This document shows positions 34,495-45,254 of a DNA stretch of 64,000 nt, piece after piece; the first letter of the stretch is position 1; each line of letters starts with the position of its first letter. The translations under genes were made by a program, and so were the position numbers. The stretch lies in the sequence record MK250021.1; one strand, given 5' to 3'. The notes below the pieces were generated by a model that was not told where the DNA came from, did no database searches, and saw only the letters and a program-made list of their open reading frames with translations.

Positions 34495-35481
34495 ATGGAA
34501 AATACATCGACAAATACAAGTAATAATACTCAACATGTAACACAGAAATTGTTTACAGAAATGTTAAGACCACAAACATTGGATCAAGCTATTATAGTTC
34601 CGAGAATTAGAGAGGTTCTTCAACACGGGTTGACAACTAATATTTTACTTTCCGGTTCCGCGGGTGCTGGTAAAACTTCCCTAACTCGCATCTTAACTCG
34701 CGGATACCAAGTTCTTGAAATTAATGCATCTCTTGAAAATGGTATTGATACCATTAGAGATAAAGTTATTGCATTTGCATCTCAGTCATCTCTTTTTGAT
34801 GGTGAGGAAAAACTTAAGGTTGTTGTTCTTGAAGAGTGCGATGGTCTTTCTCTTGAAGCTTGGAAAGCTCTTCGTGCAACAATTGAAAAATATCATAAAA
34901 CTGTTAGGTTTATTGCAAACTGTAATTATATCGATAAGGTACCAGAACCTATTCAATCAAGATTTAATGTTATTATAATTGATCCGCTTACAAAAGAAGA
35001 AGAAGATTATCTATTTAACGGTTATCTTGAGAGAATTAAATATATTCTTACAAAATTTAGAATTCAATTTACAGAAGAAACAGTAACATCATTTGTAAGA
35101 AGTTCATTCCCTGATATGCGTTCACTTCTTAATAAGATCCAAAATCTTTATACAAGAGGATTAAAAGAATTATCAGTTGATATGCTTGCATCTTCTTATG
35201 ATTGTTCAGAGTTGTTTAAGCTTATAATTGATAAACCGGATCCTGTAAACAATTATAAGAAACTTGTTGCAGATTGGTCAACACGCTCAGATGATGCAGT
35301 TCTTGCAATAGGTAAGGATTTTCCTGATTTCATATTGACAACATGTCCACAATATGGTTCAAAACTTCCACTTATTCTTATAGCAACAGCAGAATATAAT
35401 TCTATGCTTGCAACATCAATAGATAAGTTTGTGACATTGCTTGGACTTGTATTTAAATTGCAGTTAATTATACATCAATAA
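34495..35481 (+). CDS. gp44: Sliding-clamp loader ATPase subunit (T4 gp44/RFC-like)
   Basis: LLSGSAGAGKTS, EINAS.ENGIDTIR, VVVLEECDGLS, RFIANCNY, PIQSRF. Confidence 0.9.
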   Translation: MENTSTNTSNNTQHVTQKLFTEMLRPQTLDQAIIVPRIREVLQHGLTTNILLSGSAGAGKTSLTRILTRGYQVLEINASLENGIDTIRDKVIAFASQSSLFDGEEKLKVVVLEECDGLSLEAWKALRATIEKYHKTVRFIANCNYIDKVPEPIQSRFNVIIIDPLTKEEEDYLFNGYLERIKYILTKFRIQFTEETVTSFVRSSFPDMRSLLNKIQNLYTRGLKELSVDMLASSYDCSELFKLIIDKPDPVNNYKKLVADWSTRSDDAVLAIGKDFPDFILTTCPQYGSKLPLILIATAEYNSMLATSIDKFVTLLGLVFKLQLIIHQ

Positions 35482-35557
35482 TTTTTAGAATATAAAATAA
35501 AAATGTATCTTTGTATTATTAGTTTTATATGAAGATACATTTTTAATTTATAAATAT

Positions 35558-35758
35558 ATGGCAACAAATAGTAGTGAAATTCTTACATTTCCTTTTAAGG
35601 TAAAGAAGAAATCAGGTAAACCATTTAAATCAATGTTAAAAATAAATACAGCAGTAGGAACAGTTAAAAATGAAAATGATCCTAATAAAAAAGATGCATT
35701 TATTTTTAAAGAAGATAATTCTGTTGTGAATGTAGATATGTGTGAAATTATTATGTAA
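35558..35758 (+). CDS. Small hypothetical protein
   Basis: 66 aa; FPFKVKKKSGKPFKS. Confidence 0.65.
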   Translation: MATNSSEILTFPFKVKKKSGKPFKSMLKINTAVGTVKNENDPNKKDAFIFKEDNSVVNVDMCEIIM

Positions 35759-35871
35759 TAATAAATTATTAAAAAGTAGACTAACTATTAATATATAAGT
35801 ATAATATATAAATTATAGTGAATATTTCATTATAAATAAATCATAAAACAAAAATTTAATTTAGAAAAAAG

Positions 35872-36051
35872 ATGAACGATATTTTGACAAGTATTAATGA
35901 GGCATTCGCTGGTTTCCAGGCAGATGCAACCGCTCAGGTAGAGAAGGGTAATAAGGCTGCAGGTCAGCGTGCACGTAAGGCATCTCTTGCAATTGAGAAG
36001 TTGCTTAAGACATTCCGTAAGGAGTCTATCGAGGCTGCTAAGACAAAGTGA
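35872..36051 (+). CDS. Histone H1-like (Hc1-type, Bacteroidota) nucleoid protein, 59 aa
   Basis: Below the track cutoff; F.ADA.AQVEKGNKAAGQRARKASLAIEKLLK.FRKES; higher GC. Confidence 0.85.
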   Translation: MNDILTSINEAFAGFQADATAQVEKGNKAAGQRARKASLAIEKLLKTFRKESIEAAKTK

Positions 36052-36126
36052 TAATTAACATTGTTTAACTTAATAAAGAATTATCTTTACATTATTTAAT
36101 TAGAAGTAAAGATAATTTTATTATAT

Positions 36127-36198
36127 GCATGATTAGCTAAGTGGTACAGCAGGAAACTTTAAACTTCCAGATCACGGGTTCGATCCCTGTATCATGCA
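36127..36198 (+). tRNA. tRNA with UUA anticodon (ochre suppressor-type); CCA not encoded
   Basis: Acceptor GCATGAT/ATCATGC + A73, D arm GCT/AGC with GG, anticodon arm GGAAA-CT TTA AA-CTTCC, T arm ACGGG-TTCGATC-CCTGT. Confidence 0.88.
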
Positions 36199-36344
36199 CA
36201 TCTAAATTTAAAATAAAAGTATAAAACTATGGAACTTCAACATTGGTAAGTTACATGTGATCGTGGACCTTAATTTTTGTATATTTTAATTTTATATATT
36301 AATCATAAAACTATTATTAAACAAAATTAAAACTATACAAAATT

Positions 36345-36728
36345 ATGAAAACACAAAAAGAAAATGTAATAAGATTTAAGAATTATCTTAAGAAAAGAAT
36401 ATCAGAAAGAAAACAACTTAAATTAATAGCGAACAAATCATCAAAAGATAAAGATTATAATTGGATTAAATCTAGTCATGCTAAATCAGAATTAGAAGAA
36501 ACATTAGAAGATATACATGCACTGTATATTGCATATTATATTGTAAAACATGATTTAATTAGTCAAGAAAAAGAACTTGATTATATGATAGAATGTTCAA
36601 AAACATTTAAGAAACATTATACTGTATATACAACGAAACAATGTTTTTTATCACAATATGGATATGTAAACAAGAAAATAAATGAATATCTAAATAAGTT
36701 TGGTTATGAAAGTGAATTTATTAAGTAA
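36345..36728 (+). CDS. Hypothetical protein
   Basis: 127-aa basic ORF. Confidence 0.75.
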   Translation: MKTQKENVIRFKNYLKKRISERKQLKLIANKSSKDKDYNWIKSSHAKSELEETLEDIHALYIAYYIVKHDLISQEKELDYMIECSKTFKKHYTVYTTKQCFLSQYGYVNKKINEYLNKFGYESEFIK

Positions 36729-37083
36729 ATTAAAAATATTTACTAATAAACATAAAGTTATTAATTTTAAATTAGAAACAAATAATAAACTTTATATATT
36801 AGTAAGTAATCAATTGAATCCTATATATGGAGCAGTTCAAGGAGGTCATGCAATAGCACAGTTTTTAATTGAGCATCCTAATTCTGAATGGAAAAATAAT
36901 ACTGTTGTTTATCTTTCATGTGATATAGATAATTTTTTAAATAGACAAAAGAAACGTAATCAATTATTAAAAGATGAATTACATAGTGTATTTAAGGAAT
37001 CAGATTTAAATAATCAAATAACAGCAATAGCATGTTATAAGATACCTCAAAAATATGTAAAGAATTTGAAGTTGTTGAGATAA
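36706..37083 (+). CDS. Peptidyl-tRNA hydrolase type 2 (PTH2)-like protein
   Basis: KLYILVS..L...AVQGGHAIAQF...WKNNTVVYL...FKESDLNNQITAIAC. Confidence 0.65.
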   Translation: MKVNLLSKLKIFTNKHKVINFKLETNNKLYILVSNQLNPIYGAVQGGHAIAQFLIEHPNSEWKNNTVVYLSCDIDNFLNRQKKRNQLLKDELHSVFKESDLNNQITAIACYKIPQKYVKNLKLLR

Positions 37084-37182
37084 TAAACAATATATAGAGA
37101 TAATAGATAAGTAAAAATATTCTATTATCTCTTTTTATTTAAATAGAAATAAATAATTAAACTATTAATAGTATTTTTAATT

Positions 37183-38280
37183 ATGAAATTAGTTAACGAG
37201 AAAATAGGATATGTGGATGAAAAGCAGTTTAAACTTTCAACTGTAGTGAATGCGATGGTTGAATTTTTAACATCTCCTGATATTCATTGGGATTCTAATT
37301 ATGAAGTTAAAGGAAAGCCTAATGTAAAGGATATAGATGGATTTGGTTATCATACTTTTACATTTGATTTAGATAATAATAAATTAGGATTTATAAAAAT
37401 TATTATTGTTAATATAGACAAAGATAAAGTAAAGTCTACATATAAATTCCAAGGATTTTTAGACGATGAAGAAACAGCTTTTTATTCACCTGTTGATTCT
37501 ACTGTAGATAAGAAGAAAAATAATTGTGGATATATCTATATTAATTATGATATATTTAAAGAATATATTTCAGATAAACAGAAATTAACAGATGAATTAA
37601 AGGAATATACATATCATGAGTTAAGACATTATTATGATAATATAATGGGCGTATTCGGTGGACCATTGAAAGAACTTATACATATTACATTGATAGCTGA
37701 TGAATTTGATATTAATAAACAAACATTCAAGGAGAAGAATAAAGAAGCATTAACTAAACATGATACAACATATAAGTCATTGCAGAATCTTCTTTATGTT
37801 TCACAACCAACTGAATTAAATGCTTGGTATCATTCATTCGTTCAACATATGATGGTATATCAGAAGAAGAATCCAAATGCAACAAAAGATGATATTATAA
37901 ATTATATTACAAAACCTGAATTAAACGGTAATGATTATGCATGTTTCATTTACAGTTATGCTATTGTATATAAGACATTCGGTAATTATGCTAAAGCTAT
38001 AAACGGTTTGTGTTCACAAGATCCTGTTAAGTTGTATTATTATATAATTAATACATTGAATGAATGTCAACCATCTGATAAGACTATTAAACAGATGAAT
38101 GATTTATTTGAGAAGAATTATATTGATTATTTCACAGATACTGTTGATTATAAAACATTCGGTATAAAGTTAAGTGCATTCATTAATGATTATTACATGC
38201 ATTATGTGTATAAGAAAATTGCGTCTAAGTATTTACATACATATAAGAATATGCAGAAGTTTATTTCTACACTTGTTTAA
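37183..38280 (+). CDS. HExxH zincin-like protein, 365 aa
   Basis: TYHELRHYYD and SQPTELNAW; no TAG. Confidence 0.75.
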   Translation: MKLVNEKIGYVDEKQFKLSTVVNAMVEFLTSPDIHWDSNYEVKGKPNVKDIDGFGYHTFTFDLDNNKLGFIKIIIVNIDKDKVKSTYKFQGFLDDEETAFYSPVDSTVDKKKNNCGYIYINYDIFKEYISDKQKLTDELKEYTYHELRHYYDNIMGVFGGPLKELIHITLIADEFDINKQTFKEKNKEALTKHDTTYKSLQNLLYVSQPTELNAWYHSFVQHMMVYQKKNPNATKDDIINYITKPELNGNDYACFIYSYAIVYKTFGNYAKAINGLCSQDPVKLYYYIINTLNECQPSDKTIKQMNDLFEKNYIDYFTDTVDYKTFGIKLSAFINDYYMHYVYKKIASKYLHTYKNMQKFISTLV

Positions 38281-38301
38281 AAATAATTTATATTTAGAAA
38301 A

Positions 38302-39012
38302 ATGAAAGCAAAAGATATAGCAAGTTAGTTAGGAAGTTTGGCAGCTGCAGCTTCGTCACAACCAGGAAATTACGATGCTAATGATATAGATACAGATATT
38401 CCTGACGAACTTCAAGAGCCGGATCCGATATTCGTTGTTGAGCATGAAGAGGTAATGTCTACAGATACAGCAAAAGCATTAAAATCCGTTAAGTAGATTG
38501 TTAATACCATTGTACCTGAAGCATATCAAAATAACCCTATTATAAAAGATAAAATATTACAGGATGCAGATTAGTTAGGACAACTTTATTATCAATAGAG
38601 TATGAACAATGTTATGATAAAGGTAATTATGGATACTATATCTAAAGGAGATACATCCGCAAAATTATTTGATTCATATACAAAGTTAATGTCTATCGCG
38701 AAGGATTTCAATAAGTAGATTAATGAGATGCAGAATCAATTCAGAAAATATTATATTGATACTTATCTTGATCTTCAACATAAGGAAGATGAAGATCTTA
38801 TTGCAGAAGATAATGGAGTTAATAGGAAAGCTGTAACGACTTCAAAAGAAGAGCCATAGCAAGTTACATATGAAGAAGTAAAAGAGTCTCATACAGGAGA
38901 CAATATGGACTTACGAGAGACTTCTACACGTGATACAACAATAAAGGTATAGGATTGGAAAAAAGAAATATATAAAAAGAGATTTGAAGAAAGTAAAAAA
39001 GCAGAAGAATAA
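38302..39012 (+). CDS. Hypothetical protein, 236 aa (code 15)
   Basis: Missed by the track; MKAKDIAS*LGSLAAAASSQPG... to TAA 39010-39012. Confidence 0.8.
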
Positions 39013-39031
39013 TTGGATATTCTTCTGCTTT
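38996..39031. terminator. Bidirectional terminator
   Basis: AAAGCAGAAGAATA/TATTCTTCTGCTTT between convergent genes. Confidence 0.8.
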
Positions 39032-39036
39032 AATTT

Positions 39037-42000
39037 TTATAATTGATAAATTGTACTCATGCCTATAGTTGTTATTTCATCTTTAATTCCATGTACATAA
39101 AACTATACAACTAATTGTAATATACCTATTTCTTTCCTACCAGAATTATTTTCTGATATATAATCTGTTATTATACCTCGTTGATTATGTAATATCTTAA
39201 AGTCTTTTATCTTTAACATTGAATCTTCAAAATTTTCCGATGATATTTCTTCTATTTCTCCACCAGATCTTTCCAATGTATATCTTATATTATGAATATA
39301 ATCTCTAATAACATACTCTTCAATACTATCTAATCCTTCTTTAGGTAAATCTTTAACGTCAAACATTAAGTTATATATATTAGTTGTAACAGAAGTACCA
39401 TATTGTTTAATAGATAATGAATGAATCTACTCATGTTGTATAAGGTCTCTATCAGATTTCTTGTCAATTGTCAACATACATTGTAATTCACCAATTTTTG
39501 ATTTATGTGATTCTGTTGCTTCCTTTGCAGTAAATTTAACTTTATTTGTTTTTGAAACATTACCTTTCTATGTTAGAAGATTACATGTACATCCTTCTTG
39601 TTCGACAATGGTTCCGTCACTATAATAAATTTTATACTTAACAGAAACATTATTAGAGTTATCAGTAGATGCACCAGTTTCATTCATATTATAAATAACA
39701 GTTTCACCGTAAGTTGATAATGTATTTAATGGTGAGAACTATGATTCAAATCCCACAATAAATACATCTTTATAATATATGTCACGAGTACCTGTTTCAA
39801 ATTTACCTACGGTATCTTCTCCTTTATCTACATAAACAAAACCATCTGCTTCATTTATAACTCTATTACCATATACGTCACAACAAATCATATTAGGCGA
39901 TTGTGAACCTAATAATTCTGGTTTAATAGTTAATATCTTATTTGCAGATTTAAACACAACTTGCTTATCTATTAATCCTTGTTCTGTTTGCCATGTTTCC
40001 TAATCTTCTATTATATATGATTTCCAATCCCAATGAACTCTTAACGGAATATCTTTATCATTAAATTTCTATGATAATATATTCTATGAAGAATCTGGTT
40101 TTAATATAATATTTCTACCATTTGATATTGTAACAGGTTTATCTTTGAATACATAAAGATTTTCATTTGTATATTGAAGACTTGCGTCTATCCATATATT
40201 CTGTAAAAGTTTAGGATCATAATCAAATACCTAGGCGGAATATGTAGTATCGAGATAACTGTCAAATAACAATGGTTTTGGTTCATATGTCACAGAAGTT
40301 CTCTATACGACACCTTTATTATATCTGGATGTAAATTCTTCTCCATAACTATTAACACGTAATATATACTACGCTGCACGTAAATGTGCAGGACACATCT
40401 TTAATTTATATGGATTAAGTGTCGTTAATTTACCACCAACATTTAATGTACGTTCTGCTTTATTATGATATAACTTATTATTGAATTTCTATAAATCAAC
40501 TACACCATTTAATGTATATGTAAATGTATTATCTTCATTCTATGATATATTAATAATTCTATATGCTGTTTCATTATCTATCGCATTATTTGTATAATCA
40601 TTATGAATTTCTGTTTCATCAGTATAACAAATTTTAACAACTTGATTCTCCATGAATCTTTGTTTGGTATCATTTGTAATATGAACATAAGATAAATTAT
40701 TGGATGTATCAACTGTTAATTCTTTATCTATTGTACTATTACCTTTGGAATCTTCAAACACATATTCATTTGCTGTATATACATATGCGTTCATGGAATT
40801 AATGAAGAATGCAGATGAGTTAATAGATGAGTTAACATTTTTATCAATAGATTTCTAATATATATCATCAAATGCTTTTTCATTTAACATGTTTGACTTT
40901 TTCTTTACTGTTATGTAAGAATTATTTAAGTCAAACCTATAATAAGATGAATCTATAATAGATGAATCATGCGTATAGAATTTTTCTACCTCAAATGGAT
41001 ATATATCAACTAATATATCTTTTTGAATGCAATCATATATACATAAGCCAACATATGATGAATTTGCTAATATTTCTCTACTTGGACTTTCATCAACCAA
41101 TATGAATTTATATATATCATTAGTTTTCTATATACTTAAAACCTATTCAGTGAAGTTATTGAATACTATGAAATTACCAGGTTTTGGAGTATCAATAGCA
41201 TATGATATATTATCATATTCTATAGTGTTAGGTGAATCAACCAAAGGATCAATATCATATATTCTATATGTCTAAGGGTAAATAGGATAATTACCAAACT
41301 TGTCTATATCTTTAAATAACTATTCTTGCTCTGTATTTTTTAATTTATCACCTAATGAATTTCTATTATAAAAATCTTTATTATTTACAACTTCTTGTTG
41401 ATTAAGAATAATATCAAGACTTATAGGCTTTGTAGTAACTGTAGTAGTATCATCACTGTTATTCACGAATATATTATTATAATAATCATATGCGTTTACC
41501 GAAACAGTATAATTACCTAATCTGTTTACAGACACATCTACATATCTGTTAGTAGAAACACATTTATCTATTTCCGCATTTGATGTTGCAGTTTTTAATT
41601 TTGAACTATCAACAGTATAAATAGGAACTCTATCAGATAAGTAAGTATAATTTACAGTTATTGGTTGTTCACTACTTTCTAATTCTTCTCCGAATACTAA
41701 TTCACATCCGCATGCCTTACCATTATTAATATTTAAATCTGATTGCTTATTCCTAAATAATATTCTTCCTTCTATAATCTCAAGAATGTAATCACCTGGT
41801 AGTAACTCGTCATTATTACCGCATTTATAATTACGGATAATTATCTAAGGTACATTCCATTTATTCTATGATGTATATATGAATTCTGAATCTAAACCAT
41901 TATAAGTTTTTGAACTTATTTTCTTATTTGTTTTCTATGCCCAATATAATTTATACTTATCATAATTTCTTTCATTTTCCATAGGATATAAGAAAACTTT

Positions 42001-44520
42001 CTAGAAGTCTTTATATACAGGTTCATCAGTTTCCTACTCATATAAAGCATAATATTCTTTACCATTTTTCTGATCACTCACAACATTAATTGAATATGCA
42101 ATATTAGTTTTCCAGTCACCGTGACAATACCTTAAATTACCTTGAGTTATTTCAATTATAGGCAATTCAGATTTATCGATTTTAGAAAAATTCTATGTAT
42201 CATCATAAAATAATATTTCATTATCCTATATAAGAATAGGGTTCTATATATAAGAAGAATCTGTAAATTCAGCTAATGTACCAGATGAAACATCTTTATT
42301 TGTTAATACAAACTAATATTCCTATACAGGTACTAATGTTTCTAATGGAGCAGAAACATATATTGACGAATTCAATGTTTCATTATATACTTCATTTATG
42401 ATAAAATCTTCTATTTCAAAATCATCATAATCTCCTATTGTTAAAGAATCAAATTCATTTAATGAGCATTTCAACATTGCTGACGAATCTCTAAATAAAA
42501 TATCATTTATACACATATCATCAACAGATGTATCTAAATGTGAAAGAGATGCATCTAATGTATCATTATGATATTCATTATTAGATGAATCTGTTGTTAC
42601 ATTTATATATGGATTATTATGAACAATCTTAGGTGTTACTTTAGCAATAGTTGTAATATCCTACAAATGATGCTATGTAACATATGCCTAATTTTTCATT
42701 CTCTCAATGATTATTCCTTCACCACATATATCAGATATATAACAGTTGACACCCAATATATATTTTTCTAACCATTGTTTTACAGAGAATAATTTTGCGA
42801 GAATTTCATCCGTTCTGTATTCATATATAGGTTTAGTTATAGGAAGTTGAAAAAATACATCTTGTTTTTCAGTAAATCCAGTGCTCAAATCTTGGTGATG
42901 TGTATCTTTATTATATGATGATTTATATAAACCAGATTCAGGTGAAGTTGTTGGATTATCTTTTGCTGGATTATCCAAACGTCTTGTATACATGGTGATT
43001 TTTTCACCTGTTTCATCATCTATTTCATTAAGGTGATATATCATGGATAATCTGTTTATCTTCTTATAACGTTCGAACTCACCATATGTAACACCTATTT
43101 TCTTTAACTTAGTATTTAACGATTCACCTTTCTATAAATCATATGTCTGTAAAGTTACATATCTATCTTTGTTATTCTAATCCTTTATTTTATACCATTC
43201 CTTAAATATTAAGTCGCCATATCCTAAAAATTTGATAGCTCCCATTAATGCTTTATATGTACCAACATAAGGGAATATCTGATCATAATTAATCATAAGT
43301 TCTTTAGACTTTGTATTAATTAATGTCCAGTCAACACCCTATTCATCAACATCTTGTTCCTTAAATATATTAGGATATTTAACAGGATCAGGAATTCCAA
43401 AATTTCCTAATAATGCTCTAAACCTTTCATCTTCCCCTTCAACTTCAGTTAAGAATGTAAACAAACCTAAAATATACTTTTTCTTTGTTTGTGTATTAAC
43501 AAGATACATTGCCATTATATTTTGATAACATCCTTCAACCTCTGTTTGAAATCCAACAGAGAAATATATTGGTGTATTTTCAGGTGTTTGATTAAATTGA
43601 TCATAAAAATTTAATTTAGTATTAACCTCATATGAATCTTCCCATATAATGTTTGCAACAGAATCAGATGATATGAATCTCATTTCAGAATCTTTTTGAA
43701 ATTCAAATCTCAATGTATAATCAGTGTTTGAATTATCGAAAGTAGGTCTACCATTTCCATCGTTAGTATTAGTAATAATAATAAATGTACTGGCAGCTAC
43801 AAATTCTGTTGAAACTTTATCCTATTGAATCTATCCAGTATATCTCACACAAGGAAATAAATCATCATAATTAAAATTATTAACAATAAGATAATTAACA
43901 AATGTTCTCTAACCTAACATTTTATTATCTTTCTATGTCTCATCATCAAATTCTGCAATAGTTATTAAGTTATTATCTATTTTATAATATATTGCCTTTT
44001 CATCTTTAATTTCCTCTGTATTTACATTATCAAATATATAATTAATTGGATAATCCTATGTAATAGTTTCAGATAAAGTATGAAAAGTTAATCTTACCGT
44101 ATTATATACATAATCTGTTTGTTCTTCAAATTTTTCTTCCCATATATGCTCATTTCTATTATATATAGTACCAGTGGATTTTGAATAATCAACTTTTTTA
44201 TTAAATAATATTAATTCTTTAATATTATTTAATTCCTTTGTAATTATAGTTTGTCCTGTTTTATGATTTACAATACTGGTATTTACTGTTATTCCAGCGT
44301 TAAATAAGAATAAACCATGTTTATCTATTACTGTTGTTAATGTATGATTACTATCTGCAATATCATACATGAAATGTCCTGATGGTGTTTCAATAAAATA
44401 CTGCTCTAACTATGCATGCGGAATTATTTCCCATTGAATACTGTATACTTTTTCAACAGGAATTTCATATCCTTTTTCTGTAAAGAAAATTAATTTATCT
44501 CTTTCATCTATATTGTTCAT
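39037..44520 (-). CDS. Very large baseplate wedge-like (gp7-like) structural protein, ~1827 aa (code 15)
   Basis: Nine same-frame track fragments separated by TAG; FPYVGTYKALMGAIKFLGYGDL segment; next to gp25- and gp6-like genes. Confidence 0.7.
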
Positions 44521-44530
44521 CTTTCAATTA

Positions 44531-44785
44531 TCAATTTAAATTTGTAGCATTTTTAGGATATGTATATGCGTATGCCAACTTTATCTGTTTAACCTAATCT
44601 ATCAAGAATTCAAATAATCTTTCTATTTGTCTGAATATTGTATCATTCATAGGGTTAGCGAATAATTCAGGTGAAATAACATTCTTCAATATATGATGCT
44701 TATAATCATAACCTAAATTTTTATAATCATCATACATGTGGTCTTCCTATTCGGTAAATGAATTAATATACTTAAAACGTGGCAT
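44531..44785 (-). CDS. Small baseplate-associated protein, 84 aa (code 15)
   Basis: MPRFKYINSFTE*EDHMYDDYKNLGYDY...; TGA at 44531-44533. Confidence 0.7.
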
Positions 44786-44874
44786 ATAATAAATATTCCT
44801 TTTATTTCATTATTTATTATGAAAAAAGAGAATAACTCATTTCTGAATTACTCTCTTTTAATATTTTATATTTA

Positions 44875-45249
44875 TTATTGTTGGTTTACAATAATACCTA
44901 AACATTTCTTTTCATTTATACTAATATCTATCAATGCATATTCATATGGATCATCTGCATTCTTACCAAACATTACATCAATAGATAATTCCCATTTATT
45001 ACTGTCATAATAAACATACTCTATAATTTCCTATCTGATTGCAGTTAATATTTCTTCTTTATTTAGATTCATTCTAAATAAGTATTTTTCGAGATCACAA
45101 CCAAACATAGGTGTTCCTAATACTTCTCCAGGTTTTGTACCCAAAACAACTCTTATCTATTGGAGTAATTGAAATACTTCATCCTATGTTTCTACTTTTG
45201 GTTCATAATCAAGGTCAGTAGGAAGTTTACAATATAATTCTCTTGTCAT
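44875..45249 (-). CDS. gp25: Baseplate wedge protein, gp25/GPW-like, 124 aa (code 15)
   Basis: LLQ*IRVVLGTKPGEVLGTPMFGCDLEKYLF. Confidence 0.8.
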
Positions 45250-45254
45250 AATTA

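Noticed and set aside
34495-35481. Walker B variant EECD in the clamp loader
   Set aside because: Conservative change with all other motifs intact; not evidence of novelty
36229-36272. Short GC-richer stretch after the tRNA (MELQHW-TAA-VTCDRGP-TAA) as an ochre-readthrough peptide or sRNA
   Set aside because: Too short, no convincing structure, no homology recognised
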